Assembly (NCBI RefSeq): GCF_002806995.1 | Contig: NZ_NIHE01000002.1 | Location: 526,778 to 590,777, forward strand | Origin: Confluentibacter lentus | GTDB taxonomy: Bacteria; Bacteroidota; Bacteroidia; Flavobacteriales; Flavobacteriaceae | Length of the DNA: 64,000 nucleotides | Direction: 5' to 3' | Part shown: positions 22,069 through 31,277 of the stretch, piece by piece | Numbering within the stretch: the first letter of the stretch is position 1 | Layout: each line of letters begins with the position of its first letter | Notes under the pieces: generated by a model | Told to the model about the DNA's origin: nothing | What the model saw: only the letters and a program-made list of their open reading frames with translations | Databases searched by the model: none | Translations under genes and position numbers: made by a program

Positions 22069-23271
22069 TCATAATTTGTATTTAGTAATGTCAACCATAG
22101 AACCTTTTTCAATTTGAGGTTGAGCCAATAAATATTTATTTTCCCTATTATGAATTACAACATGCCAATACATTCTATCTTCATTTTCTGTTGTCCAAAA
22201 ATTTTGCACTAATGGTTCAAACTCTTTGTAAGGAATCAAGAATAATTTATCGGGAGAACCGCAACCAAAAGCAACCCATGCGTTCTCTAATGTTCTTAAA
22301 AAATCATTTTGATAAGGATGAAATGCAAACCAAAACTTTTCGTATTGCCCTTGTTTGTGATGTTTTGAAATTGCACAAATAAGTCCCGTAGTTTTATCTT
22401 TGTTAGTATAAGATATTCTTGTTTGCTTAATAAAGTTGATGTTTAGCTTAGCTGTAATTCTTATTAAACATTCTTCGTGAAAGTTTACCTGAATTGTTCT
22501 ATCATCAGATGATTTTCGCTTTTTCTTTTCTACTAGTAGTTCTTCTATTTCGTCAATATCTTCATCTGTTCTTTCTGCAAGCTGAAGGTCTTTTGATGTC
22601 AAGAATATTAATTCTATTAATTTATCAATCCTTGTATATTCTCTAGGTTTTAAAAGCTCATTGATTTGTTGAATAGTTTTTGTATCATTCAAAGTTTCTT
22701 TTAAGCTCAAAAGTTTAAGTAAAGAATCCGTACTCAATAAACGAATATCCCAAGCATGCTGAGAGCCTCTAATTTGAGCTTCAAGGTCACCAGTATCCTG
22801 TCTTCCTACTACAATTAAAATTGATGATTGTGTTTTGCTTATTCGATTTTGTTCAATAAGTTTTCTTCTATATTCGGCAATGGTGTCAAGATTAATTCTA
22901 TAAGCGTCTGTTGTTTTAACTTCAAGAACCAAACTATGCCCTTCGGTTGAAGACCAAATACCGTCAAACCCAATATCATTTTGCCTACCTCTATAAAGTC
23001 CGTGTTCTATATTAAATCCAAGTCGTATTCCTATCTGATTAATGATGTCTTGCAATGCAAGTCCACTATCAGAAAACCCATCTGTCAAACAGTTGTCTGC
23101 GAATTGTTTTAAAAGTGATGAAGGAACATGGTCAAGAAGGTCTCGAAATTCTTTTGATGTTATATTATTGTCTTTAAGTTTTCCGTCACCTGCAAATGCA
23201 AGAATTTGTGAAAGTGATTTTGAGTCGAACGTTCCTTTACTTTTTGCCCAAATCTCTGTAATACTATTCAT
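22069..23271 (-). CDS. solitary Mrr-like PD-(D/E)xK restriction-endonuclease-domain protein with an unassigned C-terminal domain
   Basis: 400 aa. Residues ~85-125 read LGFNIEHGLYRGRQNDIGFDGIW...SLVLEVKTTD, the Mrr_cat signature G-x-x-D-x-G-x-D-G ... E-x-K. An acidic/basic linker follows (EDIDEIEELLVEKKKRKSSDD), then a ~170-aa C-terminal domain that I cannot assign. No partner genes are nearby. Confidence 0.6.
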   Translation of the reverse strand: MNSITEIWAKSKGTFDSKSLSQILAFAGDGKLKDNNITSKEFRDLLDHVPSSLLKQFADNCLTDGFSDSGLALQDIINQIGIRLGFNIEHGLYRGRQNDIGFDGIWSSTEGHSLVLEVKTTDAYRINLDTIAEYRRKLIEQNRISKTQSSILIVVGRQDTGDLEAQIRGSQHAWDIRLLSTDSLLKLLSLKETLNDTKTIQQINELLKPREYTRIDKLIELIFLTSKDLQLAERTDEDIDEIEELLVEKKKRKSSDDRTIQVNFHEECLIRITAKLNINFIKQTRISYTNKDKTTGLICAISKHHKQGQYEKFWFAFHPYQNDFLRTLENAWVAFGCGSPDKLFLIPYKEFEPLVQNFWTTENEDRMYWHVVIHNRENKYLLAQPQIEKGSMVDITKYKL

Positions 23272-23315
23272 TTTGTATTGTCGGTTTTATATTCTTGTTG
23301 GTTATAATTAAGCCT

Positions 23316-24635
23316 TCAACCCCCCACTTTATGCCCAGAAAACGCGTAATATAAAATAATGAGGTAGCACGGTAAAAGAATCCAATACCCAAAAGAAGTG
23401 GCTTCAGCAATGGCGGAAGCTTCGCCCATACCTGTTAAAATCAATTCTTCCTTTTTAACATCAACCAACATACCATATAACGGTGGAATAACAGCGCCTC
23501 CGGAGATCGCCATAATAAGCAACGCAGAAGCCGTTTTGGTAAATTTTCCTAAGCCTTGTAAAGCCAAGGGCCAAATGGCGGGCCATACCAAAGCATTGGC
23601 GATTCCTAAAGCTGCAACAAATAATACGGATACAAAACCATCTGTAAAAAGAATAAAAAAAGAAAACACAATTCCCAAAACAGCGCTGGCTTTTAAAGCA
23701 AATGCTTGATTGATATATTTTGGAATTAAAAAAACACCCAAGGCATACGTTACTACCATCGCCATTAATGTAAACAGCGTGAAAAACTTAGCTTGCTCAA
23801 CAGGAATATCCAAAGCAATACCGTAAGCTATAATGGTATCGCCAGCAATCACTTCAACACCTACGTATAAAAACAATGCCAATACCCCTAACCATAAATG
23901 AGGAAATTGAAAAATACTGGTTTTCACCGTGTCGCCTACTTTTGGTTCTTCAATAAGCGATTCTTCTACATTTGGTAATGGTGCTTTTCTTATTAAAATT
24001 CCTAAGATAAATAACACCATTGCCATAACAATATACGGTGTCACCACACTATCTGCCATGGTATCTAATAAACGCCCCTTTTCCTCAGCATCAACAACCT
24101 CAAATTGTGCTTTTATTTTATCAATGCCCGATAACAATAAAGCTCCAAAAATAACAGAGCCTAACGCACCTGCTACTTTATTGGCGATACCCATTATGGC
24201 AATACGCTTTGCAGCACTTTCTATGGGTCCTAAAATGGTAATATAGGGGTTTGATGCTGTTTGTAATAGGGTCATCCCAGCGCCTTGAACAAAAATACCA
24301 GTTAAGAACATCCAATAGGTTCTGGCTTCGGCTGCTGGTATAAAAATTAAAGCCCCTACAGCCATAATAATTAAGCCTAAGGACATACTTTTTTTGAACC
24401 CTATTCTTTTGATGACATAAGACGCAGGAAGTGCCATAAAGACAAATGAAATATAAGAGGCCGATGCCACTAAATACGATTGCGCATCTGTTAACTCATT
24501 AATGGTTTTCATAAATGGAATTAATGCGCCATTAATCCAGGTTACAAATCCGAAGATGAAAAATAATCCCGCAATAACAATAATGGGAATAAGTGTGTTG
24601 TTCTTTTGCGGAAGTGCTTGATTTGTTTCTGACAT
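23316..24635 (-). CDS. sugar MFS transporter (FucP/glucose-galactose transporter family)
   Basis: 439 aa, 12-TM profile. N-terminal region ...FGFVTWINGALIPFMK... is typical of the FucP family. Confidence 0.8.
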   Translation of the reverse strand: MSETNQALPQKNNTLIPIIVIAGLFFIFGFVTWINGALIPFMKTINELTDAQSYLVASASYISFVFMALPASYVIKRIGFKKSMSLGLIIMAVGALIFIPAAEARTYWMFLTGIFVQGAGMTLLQTASNPYITILGPIESAAKRIAIMGIANKVAGALGSVIFGALLLSGIDKIKAQFEVVDAEEKGRLLDTMADSVVTPYIVMAMVLFILGILIRKAPLPNVEESLIEEPKVGDTVKTSIFQFPHLWLGVLALFLYVGVEVIAGDTIIAYGIALDIPVEQAKFFTLFTLMAMVVTYALGVFLIPKYINQAFALKASAVLGIVFSFFILFTDGFVSVLFVAALGIANALVWPAIWPLALQGLGKFTKTASALLIMAISGGAVIPPLYGMLVDVKKEELILTGMGEASAIAEATSFGYWILLPCYLIILYYAFSGHKVGG

Positions 24636-24650
24636 ATATTAAAGGTTGAT

Positions 24651-25091
24651 TTACACTTTTTTAATCACGTTGGTAACAATGCCCCAAATAATAAAATCAT
24701 TGTCTTTAGTGATTTTTATAATGGGATAATTAGGATTTTCAGGCTGTAACCAAACCTCATCTTTATCAACTTTTAAGCGTTTTACGGTGAATTCTCCATC
24801 TAAAAAACAAACAGCAATTTTGTTGTTTTCGGGTTCCAGACTCCTATCAATAACCAACAAATCGTTATCATCGAGTCCAGCACCAATCATGGATTGTCCG
24901 CTTACACGCGCAAAAAAAGTAGCTTCTTTGTTTTTAATAAGTTCTTTATCCAAAGACAAGCGTTGTTCTTTAAAATCTTCGGCTGGCGATGGAAATCCTG
25001 CAGAAATTCCAGTATCAAAAAACAAAGCTCCTAGATTATTGGTGTCATCTGGAGTGAAAAATGTTAACGGTTGAGCGTTGTGTGATATCAT
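24651..25091 (-). CDS. umuD: S24 peptidase, UmuD-like translesion polymerase accessory subunit
   Basis: 146 aa. FFARVSGQSMIGAGLDDNDLLVIDRS...FTVKRLK carries the Ser/Lys dyad motifs of UmuD/LexA C-terminal domains. No HTH. Confidence 0.8.
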   Translation of the reverse strand: MISHNAQPLTFFTPDDTNNLGALFFDTGISAGFPSPAEDFKEQRLSLDKELIKNKEATFFARVSGQSMIGAGLDDNDLLVIDRSLEPENNKIAVCFLDGEFTVKRLKVDKDEVWLQPENPNYPIIKITKDNDFIIWGIVTNVIKKV

Positions 25092-25173
25092 CTTTTACTA
25101 TTCCTGTGTAGGCAGAAATCTAATTTATAATTAATTTTTTATATGGATTCCTGCCTGCGCAGGAATGACAATA

Positions 25174-26430
25174 CTATTTCACTTTAATAATGTCATTAAT
25201 ATTCGTTGTATATCTGGGTGATAAGCGTTCTTGGCGCATTTTCCAAGTGCGTTTTAAATCTTGATTCCCAAGCTTTACTTTATAATCTGCATACTTTTTA
25301 TTCAACCCATCAATAGCATGCATCAATGGTTTATGCTTCGGGTTTTCGCTTTCAAATAAATCTATTTGATGATTATATGTAGGCACTAAACCCGTAACGA
25401 TAACACCTGCCCGTTTATACTTAATGCCTTCTTTAAAAATGGTTGTGACAGCATGAACGGCTTGTTGACTGATAATCAAACTCGAATCTGTTGGAAAAGG
25501 TAGGCTTATTATTTTACTTGCTCTATGTTGTTCTAAATCTTTTTTATGACGGTCGCTACTTAAGGTCACATAAATAATATGGCAACTGGATTTTTGCCTT
25601 CTGAGTTTTTCGGCACAACTGGTTGCAAATGTGGAAATGCGCTCTTTTATATTATCTATATCGGAAAATGTATATTCAAAACTTCTAGTGGTGGCAATGG
25701 CGTGTTTTGTCTTTATGTCTTCTAATTTAATTTCTGAAATACCTTCCAAATCCTTCTTTAATTTCCATTCGGTGATAGAAAAGGTTTTACGCACCCAATC
25801 ATCTGATAGTTGTGTGAAATCGAATGCCGTCATGCAGTTTTTAGCCTTTAATCGCTTTTGAAGTTGCCGACCAATGCCCCAAACATCTTCAATCTTCATC
25901 CATTTTAAGGCTTTTATTCTTTTTTCTTCGGAATCAATAACGTAAACACCATTAGTTTGATTAGGAAATTTACGTGCAATTTTATTGGCAACCTTGCTCA
26001 ACGCTTTTGTTGGCGCGATGCCCACACAGGTTGGAATACCTGTCCATTTTAAAATGCGTTGCCTAATTTGATTGCCGTAATCATTGAAATCGTAATCCTT
26101 AAACCCTTTAAATTCCAAAAAAGCTTCGTCTATACTATACACCTCAACATCGGGCGTGAATTGTTCTAAAATTTTCATCACACGGCTACTCATATCGCCA
26201 TATAAGGGATAATTTGAAGACAATACCCGGATGTTTTTTTCTTTGCAGAACGCTTCCCATTTAAAAATGGGCGCACCCATAGGAAGCTCTAAAGCTTTGG
26301 CTTCATCACTTCGTGAAATAACACAACCATCATTATTACTTAAAATAGCAATGGGTTTGTGGCGTAAATTAGGGTTAAAAACGCGTTCGCAAGACGCATA
26401 AAAATTGTTACAATCTACTAGGGCGTACAT
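25174..26430 (-). CDS. umuC: Y-family DNA polymerase, UmuC-like
   Basis: 418 aa. MYALVDCNNFYASCERVFNPNLRHKPIAILSNNDGCVISRSDEAKALE... aligns almost residue for residue with the UmuC N-terminus. Confidence 0.9.
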   Translation of the reverse strand: MYALVDCNNFYASCERVFNPNLRHKPIAILSNNDGCVISRSDEAKALELPMGAPIFKWEAFCKEKNIRVLSSNYPLYGDMSSRVMKILEQFTPDVEVYSIDEAFLEFKGFKDYDFNDYGNQIRQRILKWTGIPTCVGIAPTKALSKVANKIARKFPNQTNGVYVIDSEEKRIKALKWMKIEDVWGIGRQLQKRLKAKNCMTAFDFTQLSDDWVRKTFSITEWKLKKDLEGISEIKLEDIKTKHAIATTRSFEYTFSDIDNIKERISTFATSCAEKLRRQKSSCHIIYVTLSSDRHKKDLEQHRASKIISLPFPTDSSLIISQQAVHAVTTIFKEGIKYKRAGVIVTGLVPTYNHQIDLFESENPKHKPLMHAIDGLNKKYADYKVKLGNQDLKRTWKMRQERLSPRYTTNINDIIKVK

Positions 26431-26495
26431 AAAAGTAAATATACGAGAAAGACCTTAAAAAATCTAGAAAGTAATTACTAAAGAAACCCTAAGAA

Positions 26496-26945
26496 CTAAA
26501 TTAATTGACCTTTCTTTAAAATAGTATGTCCGTTTCGCTTATAAGACACTTTAGTGCCATTGGCACAAAAATCGTAAGCGCCTTTGGCTTTATCTTCTGA
26601 TGCCGATAATAATATGACGTCTTCTACTTGACATTTATAGTCTTTAGCCACTTTTTTCTTTATGTCCTCCATAGTTGCGCGTCCTCTTTTTAATTGCGTT
26701 TGAATGTTTTTATCCAACTCTGGTTCTACAAAATCTTGAGCCAAATTACATCCATTAACTTCAGCTGTTCTTACTTTTTCTTCAATAGCATTCTTCACAA
26801 CAGGCACTTCTGCATCAATATATTCCCATGTAAAATCGGCTTTAAGTAAAACACGTCTGCCATCGTCTGTTTTTACAATGTAATTATTTTGTGAAAAACC
26901 AATAAACGAGATAAAAAATAACAAGATTAATAAAGAGGTTTTCAT
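26496..26945 (-). CDS. secreted hypothetical protein (4 Cys)
   Basis: 149 aa. Signal peptide MKTSLLILLFFISFIGFSQ. No recognisable motifs. Confidence 0.5.
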   Translation of the reverse strand: MKTSLLILLFFISFIGFSQNNYIVKTDDGRRVLLKADFTWEYIDAEVPVVKNAIEEKVRTAEVNGCNLAQDFVEPELDKNIQTQLKRGRATMEDIKKKVAKDYKCQVEDVILLSASEDKAKGAYDFCANGTKVSYKRNGHTILKKGQLI

Positions 26946-27032
26946 AAGAAATGGAAATTAGACGTTTTGATTAATCCAAAAATACATTTTTTAATGGAAA
27001 AAGATGAAACTAATCTTGTAAAATAAAACGTA

Positions 27033-28529
27033 TTAACTACTTAAAACCAAATCATAAGCCTTTCTCAATTTCTTTACAATCATCTCAATTTCTTCTTCGC
27101 TTAAATCCCCAAATCCGAAACGGATACAACAGGTATTTTTATCTTGGTAAAGAATGGTTTTTGGAAGAAATAAATCATTTCTTTGGGCGTGTTCAGCCAA
27201 CTTAACCAAGGATATTTGTGGTTCAAAGCGTAGCCATAGGGCTAAACCTCCCGATGGTTTTTCCCAAAATACGTGTTGCTTAAAATGTTCCGAAAGGCAC
27301 TCACATAAAAAATCACGTCTTTGTTTATAAATGAGGACATTTTTCTTGATTAATCGATGTATTTCGCCTTCACAAATCAATTCAGACAACATTTGTTCTT
27401 GAATTAAATCTCCCTGTCTATCCAATATTTTTAAATAGTTTTTTGTTTCTGAAATTAAATTCTCTGGCGCTATCACGAACCCTGTCTGAAAACTAGGAAA
27501 CAAAGATTGCCCTAGTTTACCTAGATAAATTATAACGCCATTGGCATCGGAGCTTGCCATGGGCAACATGGCAGAACCATCAAACTGAAAATCGTAATCG
27601 TAATCGTCTTCAATAATAGCAAACTGATACTCTTTAGCAAGTTGCATCAATTGCAAACGGCGTTCGGCACTAAGCGTGCTCGTAGTTGGGTAATGCCTAT
27701 GGGCACACACATAAATACAACGAATGGTACGTTTTGTGAAATGTTTTCTAATATATTCAACATCTATGCCGTGGTCATCTATGGGGATTGTTTTAATTAT
27801 AGCGCCCGATTGCTGAAAAATCATATTGGCAGCATAATTGCTTAAATTGCCAACCAAAACAACATCATTGGGTTTTAAGAGCAATTGGGAAACAATATAA
27901 AGGCTCATTTCCGTACTTCTGGTGCTCATTAAGTTAGACGGCTTTATATGAAATCCGCGCGTGGCATTTAAGTAATTACATAGCTGAATTTCAAACGTTG
28001 AATGCGAAGATAATGAGGTTTGATTCCAATTCGGAATCAACGATTTTCGTTTCATGGAAGCACTGTACCATTTAGAAAATTGGTGTGTAGGGTGTAATCT
28101 CAAATCGGGTTGCCCGTCATTAATACTGTATTTATTTTGATTCTGTTCACGTGTAGAAGCTAAATTAAATGAAGGCTGAAACGGAAATCCTGTGGTTATG
28201 GAATACTCATGCACTTGGTCTACATGCTGAGATGTTGCTTTTATAGCTGCGGTTTTTTGTTCTGGAACTAACACACAAGTACCTCTATTTGGTATAATCT
28301 CTACCCAACCTTGTGACGCCAATTCATCATAAATAGCGACAACCGTATTTCTATTAATATTAAATAGCTCACTAAACGTGCGCGTTCCAGGTAACCAAGT
28401 ACCTTCTGTTAAGTAACCACGTTGAATAGCATTAATAATTTGTTGCGCCGTTTGGATATATATAGGTGTTGTATTCGATTTTTCGAGATGAATTAATTGC
28501 GTTAAAAGCTTACCAACCGGACTATCCAT
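27033..28529 (-). CDS. MocR/GntR-family transcriptional regulator fused to a PLP-dependent aminotransferase-like domain
   Basis: 498 aa. N-terminal GntR winged helix-turn-helix (TPIYIQTAQQIINAIQRGYLTEGTWLPGTRTFSELFNINRNTVVAIYDEL) plus a large class-I aminotransferase fold. Confidence 0.85.
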   Translation of the reverse strand: MDSPVGKLLTQLIHLEKSNTTPIYIQTAQQIINAIQRGYLTEGTWLPGTRTFSELFNINRNTVVAIYDELASQGWVEIIPNRGTCVLVPEQKTAAIKATSQHVDQVHEYSITTGFPFQPSFNLASTREQNQNKYSINDGQPDLRLHPTHQFSKWYSASMKRKSLIPNWNQTSLSSHSTFEIQLCNYLNATRGFHIKPSNLMSTRSTEMSLYIVSQLLLKPNDVVLVGNLSNYAANMIFQQSGAIIKTIPIDDHGIDVEYIRKHFTKRTIRCIYVCAHRHYPTTSTLSAERRLQLMQLAKEYQFAIIEDDYDYDFQFDGSAMLPMASSDANGVIIYLGKLGQSLFPSFQTGFVIAPENLISETKNYLKILDRQGDLIQEQMLSELICEGEIHRLIKKNVLIYKQRRDFLCECLSEHFKQHVFWEKPSGGLALWLRFEPQISLVKLAEHAQRNDLFLPKTILYQDKNTCCIRFGFGDLSEEEIEMIVKKLRKAYDLVLSS

Positions 28530-28539
28530 TATTTTAAAA

Positions 28540-28562
28540 GTGGACTACTTAACTAGTCCAGA
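28540..28562. promoter_or_regulatory. inverted repeat TGGACTA-cttaac-TAGTCCA in the MocR/receptor divergent intergenic region, a candidate MocR operator
   Basis: 7-bp perfect arms with a 6-bp spacer, 11 bp upstream of the MocR start codon in a 77-bp divergent promoter region. Confidence 0.35.
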
Positions 28563-28606
28563 AAGTTACGAATTTTGCACCGAAAAAATACATTCAATTA
28601 TTTATT

Positions 28607-30439
28607 ATGAAAAATAACGGTTTTTTAACTTTATCATTATTGGTTTCAGTAATGATGGTAAATGCTCAAAACGTGTCAATTACGGAACAAGATACCACAG
28701 CTCTTGGTGAGGTTACGGTCACCTCCTCACGAATAAGTTTACCCTTTAAAGAAAATTCCAGAACCATTTCCATCATATCTTCCGCAGAGATTAAAAACAG
28801 TGCCGCTACCAATCTAGCCGATTTATTACAACAAGAAGCCGGTATTGATATCCGACGAAGAGGTACTGCTGGCATGCAAGCCGATTTATATATTCGTGGT
28901 GGTAGTTTTGACCAAACCTTATTGCTAATTGATGGTATAAAAATGGATGATGCACAAACGGGGCATCACACCATGAACGCCGCTTTACCTTTGGAAGTTA
29001 TAGAACGTATAGAAATCATAAAAGGGCCTGCTGCTAGAGTATTTGGTCAAAATGCCTTTACAGGAGCGATTAATATTGTTACCAAAAAAGTAACCGAAAA
29101 CGCCACTTCGGTAAATTTAGAAACCGGTTCTTATAATCAGCTAAATACATATGTAACTTCGGCTTCCAATCTTGAAAATTCATCACATATTGTACATGTA
29201 AGTCGATTAACTTCAGATGGGTATCGCTATAATACTGATTATGAAAACACTAATTATTTTGTTAAAAGTACTTTTAATAAAAAAACACAAGCTATTGAAA
29301 TGATTACCAATTTCTCTGAGCGTAAATTTGGTGCCAATGGATTTTATTCTACGCCATCGGCCATCAATCAATATGAAGAAACCCAAAATAGTTTGGTTGG
29401 TTTTTCAACGCAATTTACTTCAGAAAAGTGGCAAATTACACCTCGCGTTTACTGGAAACGCAATCAAGATGAATATGTTTTTGTACGCCAAAACCCTTCT
29501 ATTTACAGAAACTTACATATTACAGATAAGATAGGTGCTGAAGTAAATGTCTCATACACCTCAAGTTTAGGAGTGACTGGTTTTGGTATTGATATGTCTA
29601 AAATATATTTGCGTAGTAATAATTTAGGCGATAGAAATCGGTTTATGACCACCCTATTTTTAGAACATCAATTTAAATTAGCCAATAACCAATTGGATAT
29701 TACGCCCGGTGTTGCCGTTACTTATTTCTCGGATTTTAAATTTCATGCCTTCCCAGGAATTGATGTTGGCTATCGCTTGAACGACAACTTAAAAGCCTAC
29801 GGAAATATAGGCTACACTTATAGAATACCAACCTACACCGATTTGTATTATGCAGATCCAACCACCATTGGAGACCCTAATTTAAAACCAGAAGAAGCCC
29901 TTTCAGAAGAAATTGGTATCAAATATTTTATGCCAAGGTTTACGGCTTCGGCAGCCGTTTTTAATAGAGATGCCAGTAAGTTAATTGACTATGTAAAAGA
30001 CAATGCACCAGATTTATGGCAAGCCACTAATATTAGGGATTTAAACACTAAAGGTTTTGAAATCAATACGTCTTACTACTTTAAAATAAACACATTTAAT
30101 CAAAATCTTTCTTTAGGTTACACCTTTTTAGAAGATGAAGTGAAGGCGCTTAACGTTAACTTTTCAAGATATGCCATAAACTCGCTGAAACATCAATTTA
30201 CGAGTCGTTTAAGCACCCAATTGTTTAAAAATGTGAGTCAGAATATCATTTACAAACATGCTGAAAGAACTGCGGGAGACAGTTATAATGTGTGGGATGC
30301 CTCCATCATTGTAAGCCTAAAACAATTTGAAATAACTGCAACAGCCAGTAATATTTTTAATGCCGACTATTACGAAACCAACTTAGTGCCCATGCCTAAA
30401 GGCAATATGCTTTTTGGACTTCGATACAATTTCAATTAA
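28607..30439 (+). CDS. TonB-dependent receptor, BtuB-like small class
   Basis: 610 aa. Signal peptide, plug (GEVTVTSSR...DLLQQEAGIDIRRRG), 22-strand-barrel-like length. The C-terminus ends in ...RYNFN. Confidence 0.85.
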   Translation: MKNNGFLTLSLLVSVMMVNAQNVSITEQDTTALGEVTVTSSRISLPFKENSRTISIISSAEIKNSAATNLADLLQQEAGIDIRRRGTAGMQADLYIRGGSFDQTLLLIDGIKMDDAQTGHHTMNAALPLEVIERIEIIKGPAARVFGQNAFTGAINIVTKKVTENATSVNLETGSYNQLNTYVTSASNLENSSHIVHVSRLTSDGYRYNTDYENTNYFVKSTFNKKTQAIEMITNFSERKFGANGFYSTPSAINQYEETQNSLVGFSTQFTSEKWQITPRVYWKRNQDEYVFVRQNPSIYRNLHITDKIGAEVNVSYTSSLGVTGFGIDMSKIYLRSNNLGDRNRFMTTLFLEHQFKLANNQLDITPGVAVTYFSDFKFHAFPGIDVGYRLNDNLKAYGNIGYTYRIPTYTDLYYADPTTIGDPNLKPEEALSEEIGIKYFMPRFTASAAVFNRDASKLIDYVKDNAPDLWQATNIRDLNTKGFEINTSYYFKINTFNQNLSLGYTFLEDEVKALNVNFSRYAINSLKHQFTSRLSTQLFKNVSQNIIYKHAERTAGDSYNVWDASIIVSLKQFEITATASNIFNADYYETNLVPMPKGNMLFGLRYNFN

Positions 30440-30484
30440 AACATTTACAGTTTAGGGATTATTTTTTTGAAGCACTTATTTTTT

Positions 30485-30532
30485 AAAGATTAAATTTTAG
30501 GAAGAATAAAATTTAATCTTTTTTCTTTTCGT
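30485..30532 (+). terminator. terminator hairpin AAGATTAAATTTTA-ggaagaa-TAAAATTTAATCTT followed by a T-run
   Basis: 14-bp perfect inverted repeat then TTTTTTCTTTT. It lies downstream of the receptor gene. Confidence 0.55.
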
Positions 30533-30701
30533 AACAAATCGATGTTTTTAGATACTTATTAAATTGTAAATGTTTTTACATAAAAAGGATGACATTTAAT
30601 ACATCAACCCAAGAGCGGATTGTGTCGATTTTACTTTCAAAATAACATGGTAAAGTCATAAAAAGGTTTTATATTTCATAAATTTTCTAAACTAAATAAT
30701 T

Positions 30702-31274
30702 ATGGCAGAGTGGTTTTCAAACCTTGAACTATTTCCTAAGATATATTGGGTTATAGCATTAGTGTCCTCATTAATTTTTATTATAATCATGGTAATCACC
30801 TTTATGGGCGGAGATGGTGATGGCATTGATACGGATGCAGAAATAGAGTCTGATACCGGCATAGGTTTTCAATTTATCACATTTAAAAATCTCGTTGGTT
30901 TCTTTACCATATTAGGATGGAGCGGTATTGCATGTATAGATTCTGATCTTTCAAAACCATTAACCGTTGTTATCTCTTTTATATGTGGCTTGATAATGAT
31001 GACCATCATGGCTGCCATGTTTTACTACATGCGAAAACTTAACGATAGTGGTACTTTAGATTTTAAAAATGCTGTTGGAGCTGTTGGTGAAGTCTATCTA
31101 ACAATTGGTGCTAATCGCTCATCCATTGGAAAAGTGCACGTAAAAATACAGGGTGCTTTACGCGAATTGGAAGCCCTTACAGATTCTGAAACTACTTTAA
31201 AATCAAGTTCTGTCATCAGAGTCAAAGATGTTACTGAAAACGGAATATTAATTGTTGAACAACTAACCAAATAA
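30702..31274 (+). CDS. NfeD-like (YqiJ-like) membrane protein with a C-terminal OB-fold
   Basis: 190 aa. Three N-terminal TM segments and a C-terminal beta-rich segment GAVGEVYLTIGANRSSIGKVHVKIQGALRELEA. It is 4 nt upstream of a flotillin gene, the canonical NfeD-SPFH pairing. Confidence 0.7.
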   Translation: MAEWFSNLELFPKIYWVIALVSSLIFIIIMVITFMGGDGDGIDTDAEIESDTGIGFQFITFKNLVGFFTILGWSGIACIDSDLSKPLTVVISFICGLIMMTIMAAMFYYMRKLNDSGTLDFKNAVGAVGEVYLTIGANRSSIGKVHVKIQGALRELEALTDSETTLKSSSVIRVKDVTENGILIVEQLTK

Positions 31275-31277
31275 ACT

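Noticed and set aside
28530-28606. Cobalamin riboswitch upstream of the BtuB-like TonB receptor
   Set aside because: The intergenic region is only 77 bp, far too short for a B12 element. No GCCACTG-type B12 box was seen there or upstream of the 15526 receptor.
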